64,000 nt of DNA from a virus. Its lineage: Duplodnaviria > Caudoviricetes. The stretch's first letter is position 1. Every line of letters starts with the position of its first letter. The DNA lies in the IMG/VR virus record IMGVR_UViG_2934563053_000002, positions 14,455 to 78,454 of that record; one strand, 5' to 3'. Below are positions 26,551-36,839 of this stretch, in pieces. The notes beneath the pieces were generated by a model. The model did not search any database and had not been told where the DNA came from. It saw nothing but the letters and a program-made list of their open reading frames with translations. A program made the position numbers and the translations under genes.

Positions 26551-27141
26551 ATGGTCAACGGCCCGCGCTCACACACCCGCACCGACCGCGCCGTCCGCGC
26601 CGACCGCGCCAGCATCATCTTCGACCTCCGCATCCAGGGCCTCACCTACAAGCAGATCGACGTCCTCACCCAGGCCCCGGACGGGCCCACGGGCGGGCAC
26701 CGTATCTCCTCCACCGTCGCCAAGGAGCTGGTGTACGAGGAGTCGGCTCGCCGCGTCGACCCGCGCGTGGACGCTTGGCGGGCGCTGGAGGCCGAACGGC
26801 TGGAGGCATCGCTGCGGCGCCTCGATGACCTGGCCGCGAAGGCATACGCCATCGTCGAGCGTGAGCACGCCTCCGTCTCGCAAGGCAAGGTCCTCGAAGT
26901 CATCGACGAGACCCCGGTGCTCCAGGCCCTGGACAAGCTCATCAAGATCGAGGAGCAGCGGCGGAAGATCTCGGAGTCCCTGCGCAAGCTGTTCGGAGCC
27001 GATGCGCCGCAGCAGTTCGAGGCGTCCATCACCGAGACCACGCAGCAGGACCTCGAACTCCGGCAGATGATCGACGAGGCCAAGGCCAAGGTCGCCGCGG
27101 AAGAAGCTGGCATCGTCGACCGCGGGCCCGACGAGGGCTGA
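26551..27141 (+). CDS. Terminase small subunit (putative)
   Basis: LRIQGLTYKQI HTH, RLDDL...KLFGADAP; directly before terL. Confidence 0.75.
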   Translation: MVNGPRSHTRTDRAVRADRASIIFDLRIQGLTYKQIDVLTQAPDGPTGGHRISSTVAKELVYEESARRVDPRVDAWRALEAERLEASLRRLDDLAAKAYAIVEREHASVSQGKVLEVIDETPVLQALDKLIKIEEQRRKISESLRKLFGADAPQQFEASITETTQQDLELRQMIDEAKAKVAAEEAGIVDRGPDEG

Positions 27142-27144
27142 CCC

Positions 27145-28698
27145 GTGACCGACACCGCGGCCCGCACCCGCGGCCAATACCTAGCCGGGCACACGGCCGA
27201 AACCTTCGACCTCCACGCCTACCTCGCACAGCACCCCGACCGGCTCCTGGAGGAGCCGGAAGGCCGCCGCGTGCTCACCCGCCTGGACCCGCTGCTGTTC
27301 GGGCTGCTCTACCTCCGCCACCACCTCAAGGACAGCGAAGGTGCGATCACGTTCTCCGACGCGCACCTCGACTGGTGCCGCGCCGCCCGCGACTGGGTCC
27401 GCCCCGTCACCGCGCCGGGCGCCGAGCGGGACGCGTGGGTCGCGCCGCGGAACACCGGCAAGAGCACATGGTGGTTCTTGATCCTGCCGATGTGGGCCGC
27501 CGCCCACGGACACGTGAAGTTCACCGCCGCGTTCGCCTCGTCGGCGACGCAGGCGGAGACACACCTCGGCACGTTCAAGCGGGAGGTCGACACCAACGCG
27601 GCGCTCCGCCGCGACTACCCCGAACTGTGCAAGCCCGCCAAGCGGCCCTCCGGTGCGAACGTCGGCGACACCCAGTCGATCTACATCGCGTCGTCGGGCT
27701 TCGTGTTCGCGGGCAAGGGCATCGACTCCAGCAACCTCGGCATGAAGGTCGGCGAGATCCGGCCCGACCTCATCCTGTGCGACGACATCGAACCGGACGA
27801 GGCGTCGTACTCGGTCGACTTGGCGGCGAAGCGGCGGTCGACGCTGATCGATTCGATCCTGCCGCTCAACGTGTATGCCCGGGTGGTCATCTCGGGCACC
27901 GTCACGATGCCGGGCAGCATCGTGCACCAGCTCGTGAAGCACGGCCGCGGCGTGGAGACCGCGGACTGGGTGCGGGAGGAGGGGTTCCGCGCGCACTACA
28001 GTGCGCCGATCGTGCGGCGGGACGATGGCACCGAGCGGTCACTGTGGCCGGCGAAGTGGCCGCTCGCCTACCTGAAGTCGATCGAGCACACGCGGTCGTT
28101 CGCGAAGAACTATGCCAACGACCCGCTCGGCTCCGACGGCGACCTGTGGACAGTGGACGACTTCCGCTACCCGGGCGCCGACGGGCCGGACCCGGTCACG
28201 CACATGATGCTCAGCATCGACCCCGCGGTCACCACGAAGAAGGGCTCGGACTTCACGGGGCTGGCCGTCGTGAGCTGGTCGGCGGAGCGGCGGCGCTGCA
28301 CGGTGTGGGACGCGCAGGCCGTGAAGATCCCACCCGGCCCCGCGTTGCGGGAGAAGGTGTTGGCCCTGCTCGACGAGTACCCGCAGATCGGTCTCGTCCT
28401 GGTGGAGGTCAACCAGGGCGGCGACGTCTGGCAGGCGATCTTGCATCACCTACCAGTGCGGTTGAAGACCATCGCGCAGGCCGAGAAGAAGTTCACCCGC
28501 GCCGAGGCCGTACTCAACGACTACCAGCGCGGAAGGGTCATCCACGCGCGGAAGCTCCGCGAGTTGGAGGAGCAGATGTGCGCCTTCCCCAAGGCCCCGC
28601 ATGACGACCTCGTCGATGCTGCCGGGTCGGGAGTGAGAAGATTCCTCCCCACCAAACCGAAGCAGGTTTCGAAGGCGTCAAGCGCCAGTTACCTTTGA
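27145..28698 (+). CDS. terL: Terminase large subunit
   Basis: APRNTGKST, RPDLILCDDIE, SIDPA..SDFTG, VEVNQGG, FP...HDDLVDA. Confidence 0.93.
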   Translation: MTDTAARTRGQYLAGHTAETFDLHAYLAQHPDRLLEEPEGRRVLTRLDPLLFGLLYLRHHLKDSEGAITFSDAHLDWCRAARDWVRPVTAPGAERDAWVAPRNTGKSTWWFLILPMWAAAHGHVKFTAAFASSATQAETHLGTFKREVDTNAALRRDYPELCKPAKRPSGANVGDTQSIYIASSGFVFAGKGIDSSNLGMKVGEIRPDLILCDDIEPDEASYSVDLAAKRRSTLIDSILPLNVYARVVISGTVTMPGSIVHQLVKHGRGVETADWVREEGFRAHYSAPIVRRDDGTERSLWPAKWPLAYLKSIEHTRSFAKNYANDPLGSDGDLWTVDDFRYPGADGPDPVTHMMLSIDPAVTTKKGSDFTGLAVVSWSAERRRCTVWDAQAVKIPPGPALREKVLALLDEYPQIGLVLVEVNQGGDVWQAILHHLPVRLKTIAQAEKKFTRAEAVLNDYQRGRVIHARKLRELEEQMCAFPKAPHDDLVDAAGSGVRRFLPTKPKQVSKASSASYL

Positions 28699-28746
28699 AT
28701 CGAAGGTCACGCGCTACTCTGGTGATACGACAGGAAGGCGGGGACC

Positions 28747-30297
28747 GTGGGCTCACCAGACCTCATGCACGGCATAGCCGAACTCGAAGCCGCTCGCGCC
28801 CCCTACGTCGAAGCCGAGAACATGTACCGCGGCACCGTCGAGGAGGTCTTCGCTTCCGCCCGCCTCCAACGCGCGCTGGAGCAGTCCGGCATCAACTTCC
28901 GGCTGAACTTCGCCAAGACCCCCGTCAACGCCGTCGTGGACCGCTTGGAGATCGCGTCGATCACCGGGACCGACGACGCACACACACGGCTGATCAGCCA
29001 GGTGTGGAAAGACAACGAACTAGACCTCGAAGCTCCAGACCTCCACCGGAAGGCGTGCTACTTCGGCGACGCCTACCTAATCGAAGTCCCAGTCGAGGAC
29101 GACAACGGCCAGGTCATCGGCGTCGAGATGCACTACAACTCGCCGCTCACCGTGCGGGCCATCTACTCGCAGGAGAACCCCCGCGTCGTCGACTACTACA
29201 TCAAGCACTGGACCGAGCGCACCAGCCTCGGCCAGATCCAGCGAGCCGAGCTGTACTACGACGACCGCACCGAACGCTGGACCACCAAGCCCGGCGCGAA
29301 AGGCGAGCAAGCGGCCGACTGGGTGCACTGGACCGCGGCCCCCGAGGACGACGAACCCGAGGACGAGGACTCGTGGACAATCCCGAACCCCCACGGGCAG
29401 ATGGTCTTCCACTTCCGCACCGAGCGCCCATTCGGAGTCCCCGAGCACTTCGACGCCTACGGCCCGCAGAACGCGATCAACAAGCTGGCCATCTCCCAGA
29501 TGTCGACCATCGACTTCCAGATCGCACCCCAGCGCTACGCCATCACGGACTCCGCCACCACCGACACCAGCGATGTGGAGCCCGGAGACTTCGACGACTT
29601 CCCCCCAGACGATGCCACCGACGGGCCCACCGACACCGGCGACGACTCCAGCCTCAAGGCCGGGCCTGGAGAAGTGTGGCTGCTCCGCGGCTATAAGGCG
29701 GTCGGCCAGCTCGACCCGGCGAAACCCGAGGTGTTCCTGAACCCGTTGACGTTCGAGGTCCGCGCCATGTCGCAGATCACCACCACCCCCCTGTACCTCT
29801 TCGACACCGAGGGCGGGCAGGAGATCAGCGGCGAGTCGCGGCGACAGAAGGACGCCGCGTTCGTCAAGAAGATCCGCAACCGGCAGATGTCGTTCGGCGC
29901 GACCTGGCGGGCAGTGTTCACCTTCGCGCTCAAGCTCCTCGGCTACCCCGACGCCACAGTCGACGTGCGCTGGGCGCCTGCCGCCACCGTCGAGGACAAG
30001 ACCGGGTGGGAGACCACCGGCCTCAAGGTCGAGAACGGAGTGCCCCGGCGGCAGGCTCTGCTGGAGGCGGGCTACCGGGAGGAGCAGGTCGACGACTGGC
30101 TTACTGGTGTGGACGAGGCCGAGCTGGAGCGCCGCGTCACGATCCTCGCCACTTTGGCGGACAGCGCCCAGAAGCTCGGCAGCGCGGCTGCGCTCGGCGT
30201 CGTCACCACCGGCCAGGTCCAGGGCTTGCTGGCCGGGGCGCTGTCCGATGTGGAGCTGCTGGCGCCGGAGACGGAGACGGAGACGGCTGATGCCTGA
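28747..30297 (+). CDS. Portal protein (SPP1 gp6-like)
   Basis: Position; NFAKTPVNAVVDRL, YFGDAYL, QNAINK, PQRY, SGESRR. Confidence 0.88.
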   Translation: MGSPDLMHGIAELEAARAPYVEAENMYRGTVEEVFASARLQRALEQSGINFRLNFAKTPVNAVVDRLEIASITGTDDAHTRLISQVWKDNELDLEAPDLHRKACYFGDAYLIEVPVEDDNGQVIGVEMHYNSPLTVRAIYSQENPRVVDYYIKHWTERTSLGQIQRAELYYDDRTERWTTKPGAKGEQAADWVHWTAAPEDDEPEDEDSWTIPNPHGQMVFHFRTERPFGVPEHFDAYGPQNAINKLAISQMSTIDFQIAPQRYAITDSATTDTSDVEPGDFDDFPPDDATDGPTDTGDDSSLKAGPGEVWLLRGYKAVGQLDPAKPEVFLNPLTFEVRAMSQITTTPLYLFDTEGGQEISGESRRQKDAAFVKKIRNRQMSFGATWRAVFTFALKLLGYPDATVDVRWAPAATVEDKTGWETTGLKVENGVPRRQALLEAGYREEQVDDWLTGVDEAELERRVTILATLADSAQKLGSAAALGVVTTGQVQGLLAGALSDVELLAPETETETADA

Positions 30298-31309
30298 CCC
30301 GCAGCAGCTCGCCGACCTCGCCCAAGGTCCGCACACCGCCGCCGTGCAGGAGCTGGAGGACGCCACCGCGCAGGCCGCAGTGGCGGACGCTGACGACCAG
30401 TTCGGCGACCTGGTGGTCAAGGCCCTGGCGGCGTGGACCGCGGCTTCCGCTGGGCTGGGCGCTGCCGCGGTGTCGGTCGAGGCGCTGCGTCGTCTTCTCG
30501 CCACGGTGCGGGCCGCGGTGCGCCGCATCCTCGCGCCGCTCGGGCCGCGTGCGCAGCGGGCCCTCGACGGCGCCCTGGGTGATGCGCTGCGGCTGGGCTC
30601 GGGCCAGCTCGCCGAGTTCACCCGGGAGGCGTCCGGCCGGCGCGCATCCACCCCGCCGGTGGGCAGGCCCGGCCGTGGCCTGCGCCAACTCGCCGACCGC
30701 GTGGAGACCATCGTCACCGAGCGGCGCGACCGGGCACTGGGCCTGCTGCACGCGCGGCGGGCCCGCACCTGGCAGGACATCCTCACCGGCATCGGGGCCG
30801 CCCGCGGCGCAGTGTCAGCGGTGCGGGCGCACGTGTCATGGGTCATCAACACCGCCGTCAACGAGGGCCTGGTCGCGGGTATCGCAGCGATCGGCGCGCA
30901 GAAACTGTGGCTGGCCGAGCGGGATGCTTGCACCGCCTGTCTGGCCTACGCGGGCCGTGTCATCGACGTGCGCGACACGTTCCCGGGCGGCCTGAACTGG
31001 GACCCCAACCAGCAGCGCGCGGGCGCCGACGAAATTGCCGGGCCGCCGCGGCATCCGAACTGCCGCTGCCGCCTCGTGCCGTGGCGTGACCGCTGGGCCG
31101 GCGGCGGCCAGTCGCTGCCGGACTTCCTCCACGGCCAGGCGGTCGACGCCCTCGCCAACGGCCGGGCCCGGCCCACCGAGTCCCGCGCCGCACGCATCCG
31201 AGCAGCCCGCGCACTCCTCGCCAGCACCGAACCCCTCACCGCAGCCCAGCGCCGCACCGCACGCCAGGCGGTACACCGCGGACGTTGGCCGCACCCCCGA
31301 GCCGCGTAG
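30290..31309 (+). CDS. Minor capsid / MuF-like head protein
   Basis: WLAERDAC..C, PPRHPNCRC. Confidence 0.85.
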   Translation: MPDPQQLADLAQGPHTAAVQELEDATAQAAVADADDQFGDLVVKALAAWTAASAGLGAAAVSVEALRRLLATVRAAVRRILAPLGPRAQRALDGALGDALRLGSGQLAEFTREASGRRASTPPVGRPGRGLRQLADRVETIVTERRDRALGLLHARRARTWQDILTGIGAARGAVSAVRAHVSWVINTAVNEGLVAGIAAIGAQKLWLAERDACTACLAYAGRVIDVRDTFPGGLNWDPNQQRAGADEIAGPPRHPNCRCRLVPWRDRWAGGGQSLPDFLHGQAVDALANGRARPTESRAARIRAARALLASTEPLTAAQRRTARQAVHRGRWPHPRAA

Positions 31310-31358
31310 CCCGCCGATGGGCCACGCACACACCCGCCACCCCCGTGATGGAGGAACC

Positions 31359-32111
31359 ATGGACAGCATCGAGCAGACCACCGGCATCAGCCTGCCCCCG
31401 GGCACGATCCTCGGGATCGTCGGCGGCCGGCCCGTGTACAACATCGCGGGCGGCGCCGACGACGACGGCTCCGGCATGGACATCGATGACGGCAGCACGG
31501 ACGACAGCGGCTACAGCAGCGACGACGACACGGACGACAGCTCGGACACCGACCCCGGCGACGACAGCGCAGCGGACGACACCGAGCCGGCGCCGAAGCC
31601 CAAGCCCCCCGCCGCGAAGAAGGACGAGCCCGAGTTCAAGCCGCCGACCGAGGCCGAGTGGCGCAAGACGCAGCAGGCGCTGAAGAAGGCCAACGAGGAC
31701 GGGAAGAGGCACCGGCTCCGCAACAAGGAGCTGGAGGAGAAGCAGCGGGAGAATGAGTCCGAGTCGGAGCGGGCCATACGGGAGGCGCGCGAGGAAGGCG
31801 AGAAGCGCTACCGTGCGCCGCTCGTCAAGGCCGCCGCCCGCGCCGCCCTCGCCGAGGCCGGGGTCAACGGCAGCGCGGAGCGCGTGCTGCGGCTGGTCGA
31901 CACGGACGGCCTGTCGGTCGACGACGACGGCGACGTCATCGGCCTCGACGCGGAGATCGACCGGGTCAAGCAGGAGTACCCCGAGTTCTTCCAGACGGCG
32001 AAGCCCAAGCCCAAGGCCCGGCCGACGGCGGCGGGTCGGGAGCCCGCGCCGGAGAAGCCCAAGTCCAGCGCCGAGATGCACGCGATGAAGGTGCTCCGCC
32101 GCGCTGGTTGA
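31359..32111 (+). CDS. Capsid scaffolding protein
   Basis: Acidic N-terminus, coiled coil, YPEFF; position before capsid gene. Confidence 0.85.
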   Translation: MDSIEQTTGISLPPGTILGIVGGRPVYNIAGGADDDGSGMDIDDGSTDDSGYSSDDDTDDSSDTDPGDDSAADDTEPAPKPKPPAAKKDEPEFKPPTEAEWRKTQQALKKANEDGKRHRLRNKELEEKQRENESESERAIREAREEGEKRYRAPLVKAAARAALAEAGVNGSAERVLRLVDTDGLSVDDDGDVIGLDAEIDRVKQEYPEFFQTAKPKPKARPTAAGREPAPEKPKSSAEMHAMKVLRRAG

Positions 32112-32247
32112 CAACCCGAGGTATATTCATCACTAGGTGAATTGATTCGGTGATCGAATCAGGACACCGCCCGATCTTGCGAAGGCGCCCGTGATGGGGC
32201 CCGAGCCTCAACCGCTTGTCCCCATCACACGCCCGCAGGAGGGCACC

Positions 32248-33165
32248 GTGGCACGCAACACCTTCGAGTCCTGGATCCCGGAAGAGTACGACTCCCAGGT
32301 CATCCAGCGCGTCACCCAGATGTCCGCGGTCGAGGCGCTCGCCTCCCCGGTACCGATGTCGTCCGACTCCAAGTCGATCCCGCGGTCCGCGGGCGTCGGC
32401 GTCAGCCTCGTCGACAAGGGCGGCGCCTACTCCGAGGACACGTCCTCCAACGACGACATCACCCTGACGGCCAAGAAGTTCGGCAAGGCCATCCGCATCG
32501 CCGAGGAGGACATCGACGACTCCCTCGCGAACATCATCTCGACCAAGCAGGTCGACTGGGCCACGTCATACGCCAAGTTCATCGACAACGCCACCCTGGC
32601 GGTCAACGCCGCGCCGGGCTCGGGCGTGCCGTTCACCTCGGTGTACTACCAGCTCACGCAGGCCGCCTCCGGTCTCGGGTACGGCGCCAACGACAACGTG
32701 ACCGTAGCCGCCTCTGCGGGCGTCACCTACGACGACCTGTCCGACGTGATGTCCGCCGTCGAGGGCGGCGACTACTTCGACCTGTCCCGCACCGTCGTCA
32801 TCGCGCACCCCTCCTTCCGCGGCACCCTGCGGAAGATCAAGGACGACCAGAGCATGCCCGTCTTCGTCCGCGGCCAGCAGGGCGACGCCGGCAGCCCCGA
32901 CACCCTGTTCGACCTGCCGGTCCAGTGGAGCCTCGGCGCGAAGGCACACGCCACCGCGACGGACGCACCCACGGGTGCACCGCTGCTGTTCGTCATCAAC
33001 CGCGACTTCCTCCGGCTCGGCATCCGGTCCGGCCCCGAGAGCATCTTCATCGACGGCCGCGACGGACTGTCCGCGCTGACGGACGAGTCGATCCTCAAGA
33101 TGCGCTCGCGCAGGGGCTTCGCCCTCGGCCACCCCAAGGCCGCGGCTGTCCTGGTCGGTGTCTGA
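32248..33165 (+). CDS. Major capsid protein (HK97 fold)
   Basis: WIPEEY..VIQ, ITLTAKKF, LRKIKD, TLFDLPV, RRGFAL; AGGAGG RBS. Confidence 0.9.
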   Translation: MARNTFESWIPEEYDSQVIQRVTQMSAVEALASPVPMSSDSKSIPRSAGVGVSLVDKGGAYSEDTSSNDDITLTAKKFGKAIRIAEEDIDDSLANIISTKQVDWATSYAKFIDNATLAVNAAPGSGVPFTSVYYQLTQAASGLGYGANDNVTVAASAGVTYDDLSDVMSAVEGGDYFDLSRTVVIAHPSFRGTLRKIKDDQSMPVFVRGQQGDAGSPDTLFDLPVQWSLGAKAHATATDAPTGAPLLFVINRDFLRLGIRSGPESIFIDGRDGLSALTDESILKMRSRRGFALGHPKAAAVLVGV

Positions 33166-33536
33166 TGGCGGCGGCGAAGAAGGCCGCCGCACAGCCTGCC
33201 CGTGACGACAAGCGGGAGACCCGGGCTGCGGAGGTCACCCGACGCAGCGCCGACGGCGCCACCGGCACCCGCCACGAGAAGACATTCGTCGTCGCCCGAC
33301 CCACCCTGCCCACGCAGGACGGACCCGAGCACGACGACAACAAGACGGCCTGCGTGCAAGAGGCCATCCAGCGCGGCCTCCACCCCCGCGGCGAGCCGCG
33401 CCTGGACGGCGTCGACGACCACGACGACGGCGTCACCAAGGCGTTCACCTACTCGGTGGAGGTCGTCCCGGCCGCTGTCGACAGCGAGCCGGAGCGCACC
33501 ACCACCCCGCGGACTGTCGTCGAGGGCGGCGACTGA
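33165..33536 (+). CDS. Hypothetical virion-associated protein
   Basis: TGATG overlaps within head operon. Confidence 0.65.
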   Translation: MAAAKKAAAQPARDDKRETRAAEVTRRSADGATGTRHEKTFVVARPTLPTQDGPEHDDNKTACVQEAIQRGLHPRGEPRLDGVDDHDDGVTKAFTYSVEVVPAAVDSEPERTTTPRTVVEGGD

Positions 33537-33985
33537 TGGCCGGCGCCTGGGCAACACCGCAGCAGGTCATCGACGTGACGGGTGTGTCGGTGACCGGACC
33601 GCAGCTTGCCCAGGCGCAGGCCAGCATCGAGATGTTCTGCAACCGGATCTACGACGACACCGAACGGATCAGGCCGCGGGACCTGCACTGGCTCGGCCAA
33701 GCCGTCGCCTACCAGGCGGCGTGGGAAGCCGGACAGTACGACCTCAACACGAGGCTCGACACGACGAACGTCCAGCAGGACGGCGTGGTAGCCACCCTCG
33801 ACACGCGCGCGGTGACCCTCGGCCCCCGGGCCAAGCAGGCGTTGCAGCGGGTGTCGTGGATGCGGTCCCGCACCGTGCACCTGCGCACCGCGTTCGAAGC
33901 GGGTGCCGGGCGAGGCACCAATCCGCTCGCCGACTCCTCAGACGACGACTACACCTGGCAGCCGATGGACGGGGGCGCGGCATGA
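33536..33985 (+). CDS. Head-tail adaptor (putative)
   Basis: WAT..V..VTG, AVAYQAAW, L.PRAK.AL; synteny. Confidence 0.7.
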   Translation: MAGAWATPQQVIDVTGVSVTGPQLAQAQASIEMFCNRIYDDTERIRPRDLHWLGQAVAYQAAWEAGQYDLNTRLDTTNVQQDGVVATLDTRAVTLGPRAKQALQRVSWMRSRTVHLRTAFEAGAGRGTNPLADSSDDDYTWQPMDGGAA

Positions 33986-34332
33986 TCCTCGCGACCACCA
34001 CCATCAGCGTCCTCGGCGGCACCAACACGGACGAGTTCGGCGACGAAACCGACGGCACCACTGTCCTGGCGTCGCGTATCCCCGCGTCGCTGATCGAAGC
34101 GACGAAGCAGACCTACGAGCCGGTGTCCGGCACACCGCGGATCATCCGCACCCACGCGGCCCGACTCCAGCCCGCCCTGATCCCCGACGGCGTGACGGTC
34201 GACGAGACCGTCCGGCTCCGGGACGACCAGACCGGCGAGACGTACATCGTCGTCGCCACCACCCGCAACGCCAACCCCGTCCTCGCGCAGCCGCTGCGCG
34301 TGGACCTGAAACGCACAGGACGAGCCGCCTGA
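33982..34332 (+). CDS. Head closure protein (putative)
   Basis: DEFGDE motif; synteny. Confidence 0.7.
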   Translation: MILATTTISVLGGTNTDEFGDETDGTTVLASRIPASLIEATKQTYEPVSGTPRIIRTHAARLQPALIPDGVTVDETVRLRDDQTGETYIVVATTRNANPVLAQPLRVDLKRTGRAA

Positions 34333-34433
34333 CGGCTCCGACATAGACCACCGCCCGACGGCACCTGCGGCCCGTAAACGGCCAGCCCGACGGCACCAGT
34401 ACGACCCCGCCGACGTAGAGGAGGTGCAGGGCC

Positions 34434-34808
34434 ATGAGCGTCACGTTCACGCTGACCGTCAACCCCGCGTGGCCGCAGGCCCTGCACAGCGAGATCGGCC
34501 GCTACCTCGACAAGCTCGCCGTCGCCATCGAGGCCGACGCCTCCCGCTACGCCGCAGTCAAGACCGGATACATGCGCGGCTCCCTGTACCGCGAGGTGGA
34601 CGGCCTGACCCTGCGCGTCGGCGTCCGCAACGTCGACTACTGGATGGCGCAGGAGTACGGCGCCGGCCCGCACATCATCCGCCCCGTCAACAAGAAGGCG
34701 TTGCACTGGCCGGGGGCGCAGCATCCGGTGGCGAAGGTCAACCACCCCGGCAACCCGCCCAGGCCGTTCCTTCGGCCGGCGCTCTACACGCGGCGGGGGG
34801 CGCTATGA
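34434..34808 (+). CDS. HK97 gp10-like neck protein
   Basis: VKTGYMRGS, EYGAGPH.I.P, VNHPG..PRPFLRPAL. Confidence 0.85.
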   Translation: MSVTFTLTVNPAWPQALHSEIGRYLDKLAVAIEADASRYAAVKTGYMRGSLYREVDGLTLRVGVRNVDYWMAQEYGAGPHIIRPVNKKALHWPGAQHPVAKVNHPGNPPRPFLRPALYTRRGAL

Positions 34809-35260
34809 CCACGGTGACCCCGCGCGCCAACTCGGAGTTGGTGGCAGTCGCCTGGCTTGGCTCGGCCGCCGGCATCGACCCGGGCCAGGTCGCCACCACC
34901 CTCCCATCCGATGCCAGCACATGGGCCGACGACGGGTTCCTTCAGGTGACGCCCGGCATCGGCGGCAGCATGCAGCTCCACTACGCGCTGCGCGAGCCCG
35001 TCGTCCAGGTCGAGGCATACGCGGTCAACGTCAACTCCGGCAAGCCCCCTTGGGGCAAGGCCGCGTCGCTGATGGAGGCCGTCGTTGCCGCGACCTACGA
35101 CGAGGCCGGTATGCAGCGCACCCTCACCCTCCGGCCCGGCTTCCCGCAGGCGCGGGTGCTCACCGCGCACCTGCTGACCGAGCCGCGCCGGATGCCGGAC
35201 GACGCCGCCTCATACGCGAGGTACGTCACCGACCTCGCCCTCCACTGGATCGAACTCTAG
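34805..35260 (+). CDS. Tail terminator (putative)
   Basis: P.VQVEAYA, RY..DL; synteny. Confidence 0.7.
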   Translation: MTTVTPRANSELVAVAWLGSAAGIDPGQVATTLPSDASTWADDGFLQVTPGIGGSMQLHYALREPVVQVEAYAVNVNSGKPPWGKAASLMEAVVAATYDEAGMQRTLTLRPGFPQARVLTAHLLTEPRRMPDDAASYARYVTDLALHWIEL

Positions 35261-35268
35261 GAGCCCGC

Positions 35269-35466
35269 ATGCCCAAGGTCCGCACCACGATGCAACCGCA
35301 CCTCGACATCGAGGTGTCCGACGCCGCCTACCTGGACCTCAAGCGCCAGGGCCTCCTCTTGGAGGAGCGCCCCTCGCGGGCGTCCGAGCCCACCACCTCT
35401 CCTGCCGCCGCACCGGCCAAGACCCCTCCCGCCCCCGCCCCCGCCGGTAAGAGCAGCAAGGAGTAG
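35269..35466 (+). CDS. Small hypothetical protein
   Basis: VRTTMQP...IEV...YLDLKRQGLL; AGGAG RBS. Confidence 0.65.
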   Translation: MPKVRTTMQPHLDIEVSDAAYLDLKRQGLLLEERPSRASEPTTSPAAAPAKTPPAPAPAGKSSKE

Positions 35467-35471
35467 TCACC

Positions 35472-36032
35472 ATGGCCGTAACCACGACGAATTTGATCCA
35501 AGGCCCGGCGACCCTGTATTTGGGGGATTTCGGTGCGACCGAGCCGGCCGACGCCGACGTCAACACCGCCCCCGCGGCCAGCGCGTTTCCGGACCTGGGC
35601 GGCACGCAGGACGGCGTGAAGCTGACGATCGACCAGACCTACAGCAACCTGGAGGTCGACCAGATCGTCGATGTGCCGGGTTCTCGCCTGACCGGCCGCA
35701 TGTTCACGATCGAGACGAACCTCGCGGAGCCGACGCTCCAGAACCTCAAGTACCTGCTGAACGACGGCACGTCGGCGTCGGGCGCGGGCTTCGAGTCGCT
35801 GGAGCCGATCTACGCGGACTCGGCGACGCAGCCGACGTACCGGGCTGTCCTGCTGGATGGGTGGGGCCCGGATCAGAAGCGGCGCCGGGTGATTCTCCGC
35901 AAGGTGCTGTCCAACGACAAGGTGGAGAGCACGTACAAGAAGGATGCGCAGACGCTGTTCACCGTGAAGTGGACCGGGTTCTACGTATCCGAGGGCATCG
36001 CCCCCTTCAAGGTCATCGACGAGAAGAGCTAG
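35472..36032 (+). CDS. Major tail (tube) protein
   Basis: NLIQGPA.LY, DLGGTQDGV, VDQ, T.LAE.TL.NL. Confidence 0.85.
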   Translation: MAVTTTNLIQGPATLYLGDFGATEPADADVNTAPAASAFPDLGGTQDGVKLTIDQTYSNLEVDQIVDVPGSRLTGRMFTIETNLAEPTLQNLKYLLNDGTSASGAGFESLEPIYADSATQPTYRAVLLDGWGPDQKRRRVILRKVLSNDKVESTYKKDAQTLFTVKWTGFYVSEGIAPFKVIDEKS

Positions 36033-36041
36033 GAGCCGACC

Positions 36042-36473
36042 GTGGCCACAACCCGCACGCCCCGCACCAAGAAGCCCGCCGACGAGACCGGGACCACCAC
36101 AGAGGTTCCGGCCGTCCCCGACTTCGCCACCACCAGCGAACCCCCCGAGGAGAAACGGCGCCCGCTGTTCTCCATCGACGGGGAGCAGTTCACCGTCCCC
36201 GAGGAGATCGGTCCCCGCATCGTCTACCTCGGTCTCGACCGGGTTCGTTCTGAGGGCGCGGTGCTCGCCACCATGTACCTCAACGAACTGGTCCTCGGCC
36301 GCGACCAGTACTCCCGACTCATGGGACACGTCGAGGCCCGGCGCCTCACCGACGCCCAGTTCGACCAGATCGGCGACATGATCTCCGACCTGTTCTTCAA
36401 GGCCGTGCGAGGAAAGAAGGAGGAGGGAAAAGACGAGACGACGGACTCGGACCAGGCTGGGGCCACTTCGTAG
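36042..36473 (+). CDS. Tail assembly chaperone (gpG-like)
   Basis: LFSIDGE.FTVP; between major tail and tape measure genes. Confidence 0.8.
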   Translation: MATTRTPRTKKPADETGTTTEVPAVPDFATTSEPPEEKRRPLFSIDGEQFTVPEEIGPRIVYLGLDRVRSEGAVLATMYLNELVLGRDQYSRLMGHVEARRLTDAQFDQIGDMISDLFFKAVRGKKEEGKDETTDSDQAGATS

Positions 36474-36835
36474 ACCAGCTCAGCGCCGCTGGCAAGGCCC
36501 TTAAGCCGCACTTGCTGGGCAGGTGGGGCCACTTCGTAGACCAGTTCGACGCACACGCATGGATGGCCGACCACCAGGACGACATCGACGCCGACTGGCT
36601 CGCGATCTACGGCATCGACCTCGACGCCCAGCACGTGCCCGCCCGCAGGTTCATCGCCCTCACTGACCGGCTCCCCGCCTACCAGTCCGCCATCGCAGCC
36701 CGCATAGCAGCAGAACAACAGGACCAGCAGCAAGAGCAGGCCCCCGCCTCCGCCGCACCGGACGCACCGCAAGAAGTCTCAGTCGAGGCCATGAACCTGA
36801 TCATGCCTGGGCTGATCGAAACGGTGGAGGTGTAA
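36042..36835 (+). CDS. Tail assembly chaperone -1 frameshift product (gpGT-like)
   Basis: Slippery G GGA AAA at 36425-36431; -1 frame open to TAA at 36835 (DIDAD..AIYGID...RLPAY). Confidence 0.75.
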
Positions 36836-36839
36836 CCGG

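Noticed and set aside
30268-30287. (GAGACG)3 at portal 3' end as a phase-variable tract
   Set aside because: In-frame hexamer encoding a short ETETET tail; too short to support the claim
32109-32247. TTGACA promoter and riboswitch before the capsid gene
   Set aside because: No good -10 at 17-18 bp spacing; stems (GTGATGGGG/CCCCATCAC) exist but match no family I recognise
36458-36547. Two 21-bp repeats with a 45-bp spacer as a mini-CRISPR
   Set aside because: Only two repeats, inside a coding frame, and no cas genes in the window
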